Position numbers and translations under genes: made by a program
Virus record (IMG/VR): IMGVR_UViG_3300028416_000485
DNA from: a virus
DNA length: 64,000 nucleotides
Strand: one strand, 5' to 3'
The notes under the pieces: model-generated
Seen by the model: only the letters and a program-made list of their open reading frames with translations
The model's database searches: none
What the model was told of the DNA's origin: nothing
Shown here: positions 9,436 to 18,772 of the stretch, one piece after another
How positions within the stretch are numbered: position 1 is the first letter of the stretch
Layout: each line of letters opens with the position of its first letter

Positions 9436-11075
9436 AAATAACTGTTGTAGGAAGTGGAACTGCTGGTAGTTTAACAAGTGCCTTCATAGCAAAAGAGTTT
9501 CCTAATGCAACAGTTGAAATGATACACAGTGAAAAAGTTGGTATCATAGGTGTTGGTGAGAGTATTACACCACATTTACCCGGAATGCTTGGCGGACTAG
9601 GTGTAGATGAAAAACGTTTTATGCGTGAAACAGATGCTGTGTTTAAATACGGCAACAGCATGGAAGACTGGACAGATACCGCAGACGGTCCTGATGTATT
9701 GAGAATGTTTTACTGGAGTAACGGATTAGAAAAAGAAAATACTTGGGAAAATGTTACAAGCACTTTCCCAAATGAAATAAAAACAACTGATGTTTGGTTA
9801 GATGTATTCAAGAATGGAAGTGCGCCCGACTTAGATGTGTATCATCATAATGCCGAAGGGTATCAATACTGCAAGGATTTAAAAATGCCATTTGATGACG
9901 ATGGCAACTACTTATTACCTGCTACTGCAACATATGCTTATCATATTGACGCAGAAAAAACATCTCCATGGATTAGAAAAAATGTTTGTAGTGTATACGG
10001 TGTAATAGAAACAATAGCCCATGTTGAAAAAGTAAATACCAACGACGAAGGTATTACCAGTGTTATACTAGACAACGGACGTGAAGTTACTAGTGACATT
10101 TGGATAGACTGTACTGGACTGTCTCGAGTTTTAATCGGCGAACTTACAAAAGATATGCACACTTACCAAGCAAACAAAGTAAACAGTGCATGGGTATGTC
10201 CTATCAACTATGAAGACAAAGAGTCCGAGCAAGTTAACTACACTAGAAGTATTAGACGAGACATGGGTTGGCAGTTTAGTATTGCGTTAACTAATAGAAT
10301 AGGTACCGGATTAGTTTACAGTGATGAATATTTTACAGACGAACAAGCATTAGAATATTGGCATAGTATTATTAAAGGAAGACAAATACGAGAGCCAAGA
10401 AAATTAAAATGGACGCCTGGAAGATTAAAAACTCCAAATGTAGGAAATACATTTGCTATTGGCATGGCAGCAGGATTTATTGATCCGTTAGAAGCCAATG
10501 CTGTTGTTAGTGCAATATCATGCATGAAAAGACTTGCATGGATGCTACAACGTGACTACGACAAAGATTACTATAATCGCAAAGTTACATACTACTTTGA
10601 CGATATAGCAGACTTTACAGCAGTTCATTATACATTGAGTAGACGTGGCGATAATCATTTTTGGCAAGACATGAGACGTATTGGACGTGAACTTGATCAT
10701 AAAGGACTTGTTAAGAAAAAATATTACGAACAAGCAAACTGCATGGATAGTGTTGTAGGTTATGTTACAGCATTTCCAGATGTAAACTGGTTGGATATTG
10801 CCAACAACTGGGTACAAGATTTAGATGATTGGCCTAGTAAGTCATCACCTGAACAACAGTCAGCATATATTCGCAGAGTACGTAATGAAAAGTTATTACA
10901 CGAAATACATGCAAGTAATAATAAAAAATCGATTGACATGTTTATGAAAATGTATAATAATGTTAATGAATACAACAAAGGCTTAAACAAATGGCCAACT
11001 GATTACTTTAGTAAGATGTTTGGTCAACAATATATTAACAGGCACATCAACAACTCAAAAAAGACACAAGTATAA
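9432..11075 (+). CDS. Flavin-dependent halogenase-like protein (tryptophan halogenase PrnA family)
   Basis: GSGTAG FAD motif, IGVGES, FKYG (catalytic-Lys position), IDCTG, GWQFSI (WxWxIP site), RIGTGLVYS, GFIDPLEA. Confidence 0.8.
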   Translation: MKITVVGSGTAGSLTSAFIAKEFPNATVEMIHSEKVGIIGVGESITPHLPGMLGGLGVDEKRFMRETDAVFKYGNSMEDWTDTADGPDVLRMFYWSNGLEKENTWENVTSTFPNEIKTTDVWLDVFKNGSAPDLDVYHHNAEGYQYCKDLKMPFDDDGNYLLPATATYAYHIDAEKTSPWIRKNVCSVYGVIETIAHVEKVNTNDEGITSVILDNGREVTSDIWIDCTGLSRVLIGELTKDMHTYQANKVNSAWVCPINYEDKESEQVNYTRSIRRDMGWQFSIALTNRIGTGLVYSDEYFTDEQALEYWHSIIKGRQIREPRKLKWTPGRLKTPNVGNTFAIGMAAGFIDPLEANAVVSAISCMKRLAWMLQRDYDKDYYNRKVTYYFDDIADFTAVHYTLSRRGDNHFWQDMRRIGRELDHKGLVKKKYYEQANCMDSVVGYVTAFPDVNWLDIANNWVQDLDDWPSKSSPEQQSAYIRRVRNEKLLHEIHASNNKKSIDMFMKMYNNVNEYNKGLNKWPTDYFSKMFGQQYINRHINNSKKTQV

Positions 11076-11096
11076 TGTATAAAATATAAACACTAT

Positions 11097-11552
11097 ATGA
11101 GTTGGACATACAAAGGTAAACAGATAGAATCAATACCAGATGAGTACGAAGGATTTGTTTATCTTATTACTAACACTACTACAGGCCAAAAATATATAGG
11201 TAAAAAACTAGCAAAGTTTAAAACTACCAAGCCACCACTCAAAGGCAAGAAGAATAAACGTAGAGGCTACAAAGAAAGCGACTGGCAAACTTATTGGGGA
11301 TCCAGTGATAGGCTTAATGCAGACGTAGCATCACTAGGCGAAGACAAGTTTACAAGAGAAATATTATACCTATGTAAAGGTAGGGGCGAAATGTCCTACA
11401 TAGAGGCAAGAGAACAGTTTGATAGGCGTGTACTTGAAACAGATGAATACTACAACGGTATCATTAATGTTAGAGTAGGCGGATCGGATAAACTAAGACA
11501 AGCATTATTGGAACACCATGTCAAGCAAAAAAAAGATACAACAAAGACTTGA
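11097..11552 (+). CDS. GIY-YIG family endonuclease
   Basis: GFVYLITN..TGQKYIGKK, YWGSS, REIL, E..EQF, YYNG motifs. Confidence 0.75.
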   Translation: MSWTYKGKQIESIPDEYEGFVYLITNTTTGQKYIGKKLAKFKTTKPPLKGKKNKRRGYKESDWQTYWGSSDRLNADVASLGEDKFTREILYLCKGRGEMSYIEAREQFDRRVLETDEYYNGIINVRVGGSDKLRQALLEHHVKQKKDTTKT

Positions 11553-11781
11553 ACAACTTGAGCGCAGTAGACAAACTAAGCGACAACGCTGGATAGAACA
11601 AAGTGAAGAACTTAGAGAGAAGACTGCAAATTACAAAGGCAAAGATACAAATCTAAACCTTAGTGAAAGACAAATTGATTCTTGGACAACTAAAAAAACT
11701 GGTATATCACCTACTCAAGGCAGTAAAGCAGATAAAAAAGCAGGCAGAACTAAAGGTAGATACCTTAAAGGCAAGCTATAA
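11518..11781 (+). CDS. Basic hypothetical protein
   Basis: 87-aa Lys/Arg-rich ORF overlapping the 3' end of the GIY-YIG gene; no recognisable motif. Confidence 0.45.
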   Translation: MSSKKKIQQRLEQLERSRQTKRQRWIEQSEELREKTANYKGKDTNLNLSERQIDSWTTKKTGISPTQGSKADKKAGRTKGRYLKGKL

Positions 11782-11789
11782 GGCAAAGC

Positions 11790-12302
11790 ATTCCAACACC
11801 TAAGGTTGGCGGGCCAGTTTATAATACCGCTGTGGAAAAAGCTCTCGTATAGAAGCACACGTAACATATTGATTGACACACCAGAGTGTGGAAGCCACCA
11901 AACAAATTGGGCTCACTGGTTGATATAGATTGTTTTGTTGGCAGTCGAAAAACACAAACACAGTACATAAAAACTCTTTAGCAATAGGAACGAAGCGAGA
12001 GGTAATGTATTATAAACTGCACATTAACTCAGTTAATGTACGTTTTATGTTACATATGTCGACGTAGGTTGGGAAAGGTCAGAGCCCATTGTACTTTGTG
12101 TATAAACAATAACCTACTTCCAATGTCTCGGCTGGATAAGACTCACATGAAGCTATCTTTGAGATTAGGTGGAACCGTAACAGGTTCCGTCTGACCAAAA
12201 CAATCTACATGAAACTTAAACATATCACATAAGTGATATGCTATTATTTTAATATGAAATGTGTTGAGTGCTAACGAAAACACAGTTGAACGTAGTTCAA
12301 CT
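11790..12302 (+). ncRNA. Candidate large structured non-coding element (ncRNA or ssDNA origin)
   Basis: ~510 nt with no ORF in an otherwise gene-dense genome; many hairpins plus long-range pairings (11926-11937/12196-12207, 11908-11914/12082-12088). Confidence 0.55.
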
Positions 12303-12309
12303 TACATTA

Positions 12310-12317
12310 TATAAATA
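12310..12317 (+). promoter_or_regulatory. T4-type late promoter TATAAATA
   Basis: Exact consensus upstream of the 12342 ORF. Confidence 0.7.
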
Positions 12318-12341
12318 CATTATGATAGTTGGAACAACTCT

Positions 12342-13721
12342 ATGAAACTAAGTGAAGTCACATTAAGAAAAACACATCTCATATTTGAAGATGATGCTGA
12401 TACTCGTATGCCCGAGATTGATACCACTGCTGAGCTTAATGGTAAGACATACAAATGGCGTGGGCAAATGTGGACTGAGGTTAATCCTACCGGTGGTAAT
12501 GGAAGGCCAGCGCCATCTGGAGTTGGTACGCAGCTAACAGCACAATGGAGAACAAGTAATCCAGTTCCCCGAGGTGTATTTAAACTAACTCCTGGTGTAC
12601 AACAAGTTAGTAACAACAGGTTTATGGTAACCTTGCCGGATACAACAACTGTAGTTGAAACTGATAGCCTAGCCAATGCAAACGCTATACAACAAAGAGT
12701 TGACGAACTAGATGGCAAAACTCCTAGACAAATTACAACAGCTATCGAAGCAGATACCAAAAGCGGTGCATTAAAGTCTACAAAGTTTACGAGAAGCTGG
12801 TCACTTGGCAGAGCTGTTCGAAACATGAATATTGCAGATTTCGAAAAGATGACAAGAGCAAGGAATAGTATTGTTGGAAAACTTCTTTCCAGTAGACTCT
12901 TTAGAATTGTTATAGGTTTTGCAGGCAATGCAGCTATGATAATAGGCATGTTTGCTGAAATTGAAAATGTACAGATAGAAATTGAAGAAGCTGAAGCAAA
13001 CGGCGGTGACGTTCAGCGATTACAAGATATTAAAAGTATACTAGTAGGACAGGCAATAGCGGCCTTTGCCGCTCAAGTAATAGCAATGCTTGCAAGAACA
13101 AGAACTGTAAAACTGCTATTAACTCCATTAAGGGCTATAATTAGAGGCGGACAAGTAGCAACAGCACTTACCGGTGTTGGTGCACCTGCTGCATTTTTGA
13201 GTTTGATTGTTACTGAAGCATTGTGGATAGTAATACCATTGATTTTAAGTACGTCAAGTGTACAACGTTGGATAGCTGAAATCATTGTTGATAGTACATT
13301 CAAAGATATTTTTGTCAGTACAGGAAGAAGTGCAGTTGGAGTTGTAAATGCAGCTGATCAAATGCTTAATGGAAGATTTGGAACTGGAGCACTAGCTAAA
13401 GCATTAAACGGATTTGATCCAACTGAAACTGAAGGTGTTACAGGGGAGTACTACAGTGAGAGTGAATGGGCCAAGCTGGTTTTTGGCCCATTGTTGTTTC
13501 CACCAAACCAAGAAAGTATGCTAGTTCCTTATATACCTAGCAGTAGAAGAAACGTATTGTTAGCAGGCACAATGGATCTTAATCCTATGGATGCTGATGA
13601 TGTAACAAATGATGGAGAAGATGACACAGTGGATACATCTCCATCAGCTGGTGCTAATCCTGAAACTTCTAGCGATCCTGGAATGCCTATAAATCCTGAT
13701 GCTCAAGCAGGACCGCAATAA
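12342..13721 (+). CDS. Hypothetical late protein with hydrophobic helices (possible internal/ejected virion protein)
   Basis: 459 aa; MKLSEV start; several hydrophobic segments (IVIGFAGNAAMIIGMFA; AAFLSLIVTEALWIVIPLIL); acidic tail. Confidence 0.7.
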   Translation: MKLSEVTLRKTHLIFEDDADTRMPEIDTTAELNGKTYKWRGQMWTEVNPTGGNGRPAPSGVGTQLTAQWRTSNPVPRGVFKLTPGVQQVSNNRFMVTLPDTTTVVETDSLANANAIQQRVDELDGKTPRQITTAIEADTKSGALKSTKFTRSWSLGRAVRNMNIADFEKMTRARNSIVGKLLSSRLFRIVIGFAGNAAMIIGMFAEIENVQIEIEEAEANGGDVQRLQDIKSILVGQAIAAFAAQVIAMLARTRTVKLLLTPLRAIIRGGQVATALTGVGAPAAFLSLIVTEALWIVIPLILSTSSVQRWIAEIIVDSTFKDIFVSTGRSAVGVVNAADQMLNGRFGTGALAKALNGFDPTETEGVTGEYYSESEWAKLVFGPLLFPPNQESMLVPYIPSSRRNVLLAGTMDLNPMDADDVTNDGEDDTVDTSPSAGANPETSSDPGMPINPDAQAGPQ

Positions 13722-13955
13722 CTAAATCAACGGCATCTTTGAGTTTTTGGTATTTTCAATATTGTCTTTTATAATACTGGTAATAATATCGTGATCTTCT
13801 AAGTCAGTATCGTAAAGTATTTGGTCAACTGAAATTCCGCCACGCATGTACCAACTAAGTCGATATGCGTTATCTTTTATTTGTTTGATATTATTTTCAA
13901 AATCTTTGGCTAACGAAAGTATATCAGAGTCTTCTAGGCTCGTTAGCCTTGTACG
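13722..13955 (-). CDS. gp51-like C-terminal extension of gp26, probably reached by -1 frameshift
   Basis: Open frame RTRLTSLEDSDILSLAKDFENNIKQIKDNAYRLSWYMRGGISVDQILYDTDLEDHDIITSIIKDNIENTKNSKMPLI* fills the gap exactly. No ATG/GTG/TTG before the internal Met; begins at slippery TTTTTTC. Confidence 0.65.
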   Translation of the reverse strand, partial: RTRLTSLEDSDILSLAKDFENNIKQIKDNAYRLSWYMRGGISVDQILYDTDLEDHDIITSIIKDNIENTKNSKMPLI

Positions 13956-14782
13956 AAAAAATCCGATGTATCCAATGATATTCTAACATCATCTTCATGG
14001 TCGCATTCGTTGCATTTTATTGATTCAGGAGGAATACGCCATTCGTTGGTATTTTTTTCAATCAACTTTTTAAGTTCGTGAAACAACCCTACTTCGGCCT
14101 CGCCAAGGAAATCGTTTATTTCTTCTCTATTAGTTTCAACTTCTCCATCTACTTCGACAGCAGAAACTTGATCAAGTATTGCTTGAGCAACTAAAATGTT
14201 TATTTTATCAATAACTTCTTGTATAAACTTTTCTTTTTCTTTTTCTTCATTGATCTTGCTAATATTTAGATTTAATGCACGTTGATATGCAGTTTGTTGT
14301 TTTTGTATATCAGTCCATGCCTTGTAGCTTAGTGGCTCAATATGTATAACAAAGTTTTCATAATGCAACTTATCTTCAAACTCTCTTGTTGAAAAGTAAT
14401 CTAAATATTTTTGTAGTTCAACTTCGTATTGATTATCAGCACCGCATTTTTTACATTTAGATGAAACAGTCATAGTATCGCCATATGAAGACATTCTTAT
14501 TGCTATAAGTATTGCATCAAGATCTAAAGTTTTAATAGCCCAAGGATCTATAATAGCTGGAATACAGCTACTAATGTTTTTTGCAGTTGCATCTCCGTTG
14601 ATAAGTGCATCAGGGGTTTTAAATAATATTTCATCACTGGCTGTCATACTAAACACTGCGAGATTGGTATAGGTGTTCTCGGCTAATATTTTTTCATTAT
14701 ACCATTTTCCATTGCTAGGAATATTCAAATATAACTTAGGCTGTCTTCGATATTTTTTTAGCGGACTTTGTGTTTTTTCCAT
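13943..14782 (-). CDS. gp26: Baseplate hub assembly / tape-measure chaperone, gp26-like
   Basis: PKLYLNIPS.G, MTASDE.L, LDLDAILIAIR..SYG, two CxxC (CKKC, CNEC), ends ...SDFF as in gp26 family. Confidence 0.75.
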   Translation of the reverse strand: MEKTQSPLKKYRRQPKLYLNIPSNGKWYNEKILAENTYTNLAVFSMTASDEILFKTPDALINGDATAKNISSCIPAIIDPWAIKTLDLDAILIAIRMSSYGDTMTVSSKCKKCGADNQYEVELQKYLDYFSTREFEDKLHYENFVIHIEPLSYKAWTDIQKQQTAYQRALNLNISKINEEKEKEKFIQEVIDKINILVAQAILDQVSAVEVDGEVETNREEINDFLGEAEVGLFHELKKLIEKNTNEWRIPPESIKCNECDHEDDVRISLDTSDFFVQG

Positions 14783-14796
14783 GGTTGTTCCTATAA

Positions 14797-14822
14797 GGTA
14801 AATACTACTAGCTATATTTATT
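14797..14822. promoter_or_regulatory. Overlapping face-to-face late promoters (GGTAAATA + strand; AATAAATA - strand)
   Basis: TAAATA cores at 14797-14804 (+) and 14815-14822 (-) between the divergent gp26 and tape-measure genes. Confidence 0.55.
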
Positions 14823-14848
14823 TTATAGTTAAGTAGGAGTTTAACGTT

Positions 14849-17014
14849 TTGGCAGAAGAAGTCACAGGCCCAGCAATTGGCAAGCTATTAGGCACCTTTA
14901 CTGGTGCAGTAGGTGGTGCAACTAAGGCTGCTGTTGGTTTAGGTGGTGCCCTGCTGACTGGGCAACAAAATCTATCAGCTTATAGTGGTGCTATTGCAGC
15001 CAATACTGGATTGTTTGGAAAACAGCTCGGCGGCGTAATTGATGGATTGTCAAAGTTTGCCGACGCAAGCCTTATTGAATATCAGCAACTTACTAATTTA
15101 GGTGCTACATTTGGAAAAGAAATAAAAGATGTAAAAGTATCTGCTGCTGAACTTGGCTTGAGTGTTGAAGAAATGACAGGCTTTATAAAATCAAACTCTG
15201 AAGCATTGAGAGCATTTGGTGGTACAACTGATTTAGCTATGTCTCGATTTAAAGCATTATCGACTACTGTTCTTGATAGTGCAGAACTTGGTACTAAACT
15301 TCGTGCGTTAGGATATACAACAACTGATATAAACAATAATCTTGCATTGTATGGTGAAATTAGTGATGCCAATAGTAGAAAAGATAGAGCAAGTGTAGAA
15401 TCGCAAGCTCAAAGTGCTAAAGCATTAATGGTAGAACTTGATGGTCTATCAAAACTCACAGGTAAACAGCGTGATCAACTAGCTGACGAAATGAAAGAAC
15501 GCAGACGCCAAGGTGATGTAAATGCATTTTTGTCAACAAAATCTGCCGAAGAGCAAACTGCATTTACTACTAAGTTAGTTGAACTACAAAACACACTAGG
15601 AAAAGATGCAGCTGATGCATTTGTAGATGTTGCACTCAGAGGCGCACCTACTACTGAAAGCACAAGAAATGCATTACTTGCAATGGGCAACGGCGCTGAC
15701 GACCTGTATGCTGCGGCTCAACAGTTTAACGCTGGTGATATTAGCAGTTTCCAAAACAGTCTAGAAGCAGCTACCGGTGCTGCAATGGATTATCAAGACA
15801 CAGAACAGTTTAGACAAACTGCAATACTTGGCGGGCTTTCTAACGTCTCGGGCGCATTTGCAGATGCAAGTGCTGCTGGATACAACTATAAAAATGCAAT
15901 TGATAGTGTTGGTGACGGCACTATGACAGCAGAACAAGCTAGAGAAACACTGAATACTCAAATACTAGCTGAGCAAGCTCGTCAGATGGAACAAACCACT
16001 GGTATATATGACAGTACGATTGCTATACAAGAAAACTTACGTGAAATAACAACAACAGTAATGGAAACTACTATTCCTCACATTGAAAATGTTGCTGTTG
16101 CTGCATTAGAAAAAATATCAGAAGTTATGCCTAGTGCAGAAACTATTGCTAGTGAACTTGGCGGCGCCATCAACAACATATTCAATGCAGCCGAATCAAT
16201 GGATAACAAAGAAGTATTTAGAAACGCTCTAGGGCCAACAGATGGCTTTATACAAGAAGGTACTGCTGCGGCAAATGCAAATGCAGAGGCTCTTGGTGCA
16301 ACAGTTGAAGGTGCAGGTGCAACAACTGATGCTAATATTGAAGGCACCGCAACAACTACACAAGACGATGTAGAAGCAGCACGAGCAGAAGTAGCAGCAG
16401 CAAACGCAGCTTTAGATACCTCTGTAGCAGAGTTAGCAACACTAACTGAACAAGGGCTTAATGCGCTAGATCCACCAGTTCGAGCAGCACGAGAAGCAGC
16501 CGAAGCCGCAGGAGCCAGAGTTGCAGAAGCTGAAACCAATTTAAGTGATACAATAGTAAACTCAATTGATGGATTAAGAGCAGTACAAGATTCAACCCTT
16601 GCTAAACTAGAAAGATACAAATCCGAGGGATCAAGTTACCGTGGAGGCTTTGCCGAAGGCGGTGAGATTGGTGCTAATGAATTTGGAATGGTAGGCGAAG
16701 CTGGACCTGAGTTTATTAGTGGACCAGCAAATGTTATGAGTGCTAACACCAGTATGGGTGTTATGCAAAATCTTATGAAAGGTATTAAAAGTCTTGATAG
16801 TAGTGTTCAAAACAATGGTGCAAATGGACAAAATACGATAAGTAATAATAATGTTGCAGAACAAATGAGTAATTTAATGACAAGTAAGTTTGATACAATG
16901 ATACAACAGTTACAAACACTTGTAACTATAGAATCATCCTCAGCAAGTGCGCAACAAAAAACATTTAGAGCTACAAAGAGTCTACAGGGCAATATGCTGA
17001 AAGGTACAATATGA
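14849..17014 (+). CDS. Tape measure protein (putative)
   Basis: 721 aa Ala/Gly-rich helical; C-terminal FAEGG....GMVGEAGPEFI motif common in tape-measure proteins; adjacent to gp26-like chaperone; TTG start with AGGAG RBS. Confidence 0.7.
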   Translation: MAEEVTGPAIGKLLGTFTGAVGGATKAAVGLGGALLTGQQNLSAYSGAIAANTGLFGKQLGGVIDGLSKFADASLIEYQQLTNLGATFGKEIKDVKVSAAELGLSVEEMTGFIKSNSEALRAFGGTTDLAMSRFKALSTTVLDSAELGTKLRALGYTTTDINNNLALYGEISDANSRKDRASVESQAQSAKALMVELDGLSKLTGKQRDQLADEMKERRRQGDVNAFLSTKSAEEQTAFTTKLVELQNTLGKDAADAFVDVALRGAPTTESTRNALLAMGNGADDLYAAAQQFNAGDISSFQNSLEAATGAAMDYQDTEQFRQTAILGGLSNVSGAFADASAAGYNYKNAIDSVGDGTMTAEQARETLNTQILAEQARQMEQTTGIYDSTIAIQENLREITTTVMETTIPHIENVAVAALEKISEVMPSAETIASELGGAINNIFNAAESMDNKEVFRNALGPTDGFIQEGTAAANANAEALGATVEGAGATTDANIEGTATTTQDDVEAARAEVAAANAALDTSVAELATLTEQGLNALDPPVRAAREAAEAAGARVAEAETNLSDTIVNSIDGLRAVQDSTLAKLERYKSEGSSYRGGFAEGGEIGANEFGMVGEAGPEFISGPANVMSANTSMGVMQNLMKGIKSLDSSVQNNGANGQNTISNNNVAEQMSNLMTSKFDTMIQQLQTLVTIESSSASAQQKTFRATKSLQGNMLKGTI

Positions 17015-18765
17015 GTTGGAAAAAACATTTTACTCCAGTTCCTACAAGTGATAATACAAACGGAGGGTACAGTCCCTTTAGTTTAAAAGGATCTAACGGA
17101 ATAGGCCCAGCAGCGGCCAACTATTCATCACACTTGCCTGACGTGTATGTTGGCTCTCCTAATCGTATCGAACGTTACAATCAATACAACACTATGGATA
17201 GTGACAGCGAAGTTAATGCTGCACTTGATATCTTGGCTGAGTTTTGTACACAAAAGAATAAACAAAACAACACACACTTTCAACTTGATTTCAAAGGCGC
17301 ACCGACTAATAGTGAAGTACAGGTTATCGGGCAGTACTTACAACAGTGGTGCAAACTAAACAAGTTTGAAACACGTATGTTTAGAACTATTCGTAATGCA
17401 TTTAAATATGGTGATCAGTTTTTTATTAGAGATCCAGAAACACAGAAACTATTTCATGTTGATCCTGGCCAGATTACAAAAGTTATTGTCAACGAAAGCG
17501 AAGGTAAGAAGCCCGAACAGTATGTTGTGAAAAACTTAAACTTTGCATTTGGCGCATTACAAGCAACACCGTTGAACACACAGAATAGTTATGGTCCAGG
17601 CGGTACTAACGGCTATCAGCAAGTTCAACGAGGAACAGGTGTAGGAAATAATCACACACCTAGTGGCAATACTAGTAGATTTGCTCAAGAACACGACGAA
17701 ACATACATTGATGCACAACATGTTTTACATTTGAGTTTAAGTGAAGGGTTGGATCAAAACTATCCTTTTGGTAACAGTTTATTAGAAAGTATATTTAAAG
17801 TATACAAACAAAAAGAATTACTTGAAGATGCTATTATTATCTATCGAGTACAACGTGCGCCAGAGCGCAGAGTATTCTACGTTGATGTGGGCAACATGCC
17901 ATCACACCTTGCTATGCAGTTTGTGGAGCGTGTAAAGACGGAAATACACCAAAGACGTATCCCATCCAAGACAGGTGGTGGCACAAATGTCATAGACAGT
18001 TCATATAACCCTCTGTCAATCAACGAAGATTACTTCTTCCCACAAACTGCTGAAGGACGTGGTTCAAAAGTTGAAACACTACCCGGCGGTACTAACTTAG
18101 GAGAGATTGATGACCTTAGGTACTTTACTAACAAACTGGTTCGCGGATTGCGTATTCCTAGCAGTTACTTACCCACAGGTGCAGACGATGGGGCAAGTCA
18201 ATACAACGATGGCCGTGTTGGCACAGCATACATACAAGAGTTAAGATTTAACAAATACTGCGAACGTTTGCAGGATATGGTAGCTGAAGATTTTAACAGT
18301 GAGTTTAAACTGTATTTACAAAGCAAAGGTGCAAACATTGATTATGCAATGTTTGATTTAAGACTAACTCCACCACAAAACTTTGCAGCATATAGACAAG
18401 CAGAACTTGATAACAACCGTATTAGTACATTTACAAGCATGGCAGCAGTTCCATATATATCAAATAGATTTGCACTTGAAAGATTCTTAGGATTGAGTAC
18501 AGAAGAGATAGCAGAGAACGAACGTTTATGGCGTGAAGAAAATGACGAAAACCTAACTGATCTTGTTACAGACGATATGGCAGGCGAAATGAGAGGTGCT
18601 GGACTAAGCGGTGCTGATCTTGCAGGCGACTTTGGAGGACTTGAAGACGAGTTAGGTGACGATTTAGGCGGAATAGATGGCGGCACTGATACTGCACCTG
18701 AAACAAATACCGGAGACGAACTTGGCGGTGGTGGTGCAGAACCAAATCCGGCACAAACGATATAA
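17011..18765 (+). CDS. gp20: Portal vertex protein gp20
   Basis: LLEDAIIIYRVQRAPERRVFYVDVGNMP, EDYFFP..GRGSKVETLPGG.NLGEIDD..YF..KL..GLRIPSS, ELRFNKYC.RLQ: T4 gp20 signatures. Confidence 0.95.
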   Translation: MSWKKHFTPVPTSDNTNGGYSPFSLKGSNGIGPAAANYSSHLPDVYVGSPNRIERYNQYNTMDSDSEVNAALDILAEFCTQKNKQNNTHFQLDFKGAPTNSEVQVIGQYLQQWCKLNKFETRMFRTIRNAFKYGDQFFIRDPETQKLFHVDPGQITKVIVNESEGKKPEQYVVKNLNFAFGALQATPLNTQNSYGPGGTNGYQQVQRGTGVGNNHTPSGNTSRFAQEHDETYIDAQHVLHLSLSEGLDQNYPFGNSLLESIFKVYKQKELLEDAIIIYRVQRAPERRVFYVDVGNMPSHLAMQFVERVKTEIHQRRIPSKTGGGTNVIDSSYNPLSINEDYFFPQTAEGRGSKVETLPGGTNLGEIDDLRYFTNKLVRGLRIPSSYLPTGADDGASQYNDGRVGTAYIQELRFNKYCERLQDMVAEDFNSEFKLYLQSKGANIDYAMFDLRLTPPQNFAAYRQAELDNNRISTFTSMAAVPYISNRFALERFLGLSTEEIAENERLWREENDENLTDLVTDDMAGEMRGAGLSGADLAGDFGGLEDELGDDLGGIDGGTDTAPETNTGDELGGGGAEPNPAQTI

Positions 18766-18768
18766 ATA
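18761..18768 (+). promoter_or_regulatory. T4-type late promoter TATAAATA
   Basis: Exact consensus overlapping the portal stop, 4 nt before the next ATG. Confidence 0.7.
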
Positions 18769-18772
18769 CATT

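Noticed and set aside
11790-12302. Group I/II intron, RNase P RNA or tmRNA identity for the large non-coding region
   Set aside because: No recognisable P7/R-S elements, domain V, RNase P P4 consensus or tRNA-like ends with tag ORF; flanking genes are not split exons
18677-18772. Track start for the post-portal ORF (likewise upstream starts at 51020, 53873, 19689, 35774)
   Set aside because: These extensions overlap neighbouring genes or promoters; downstream ATGs fit promoter or RBS positions better
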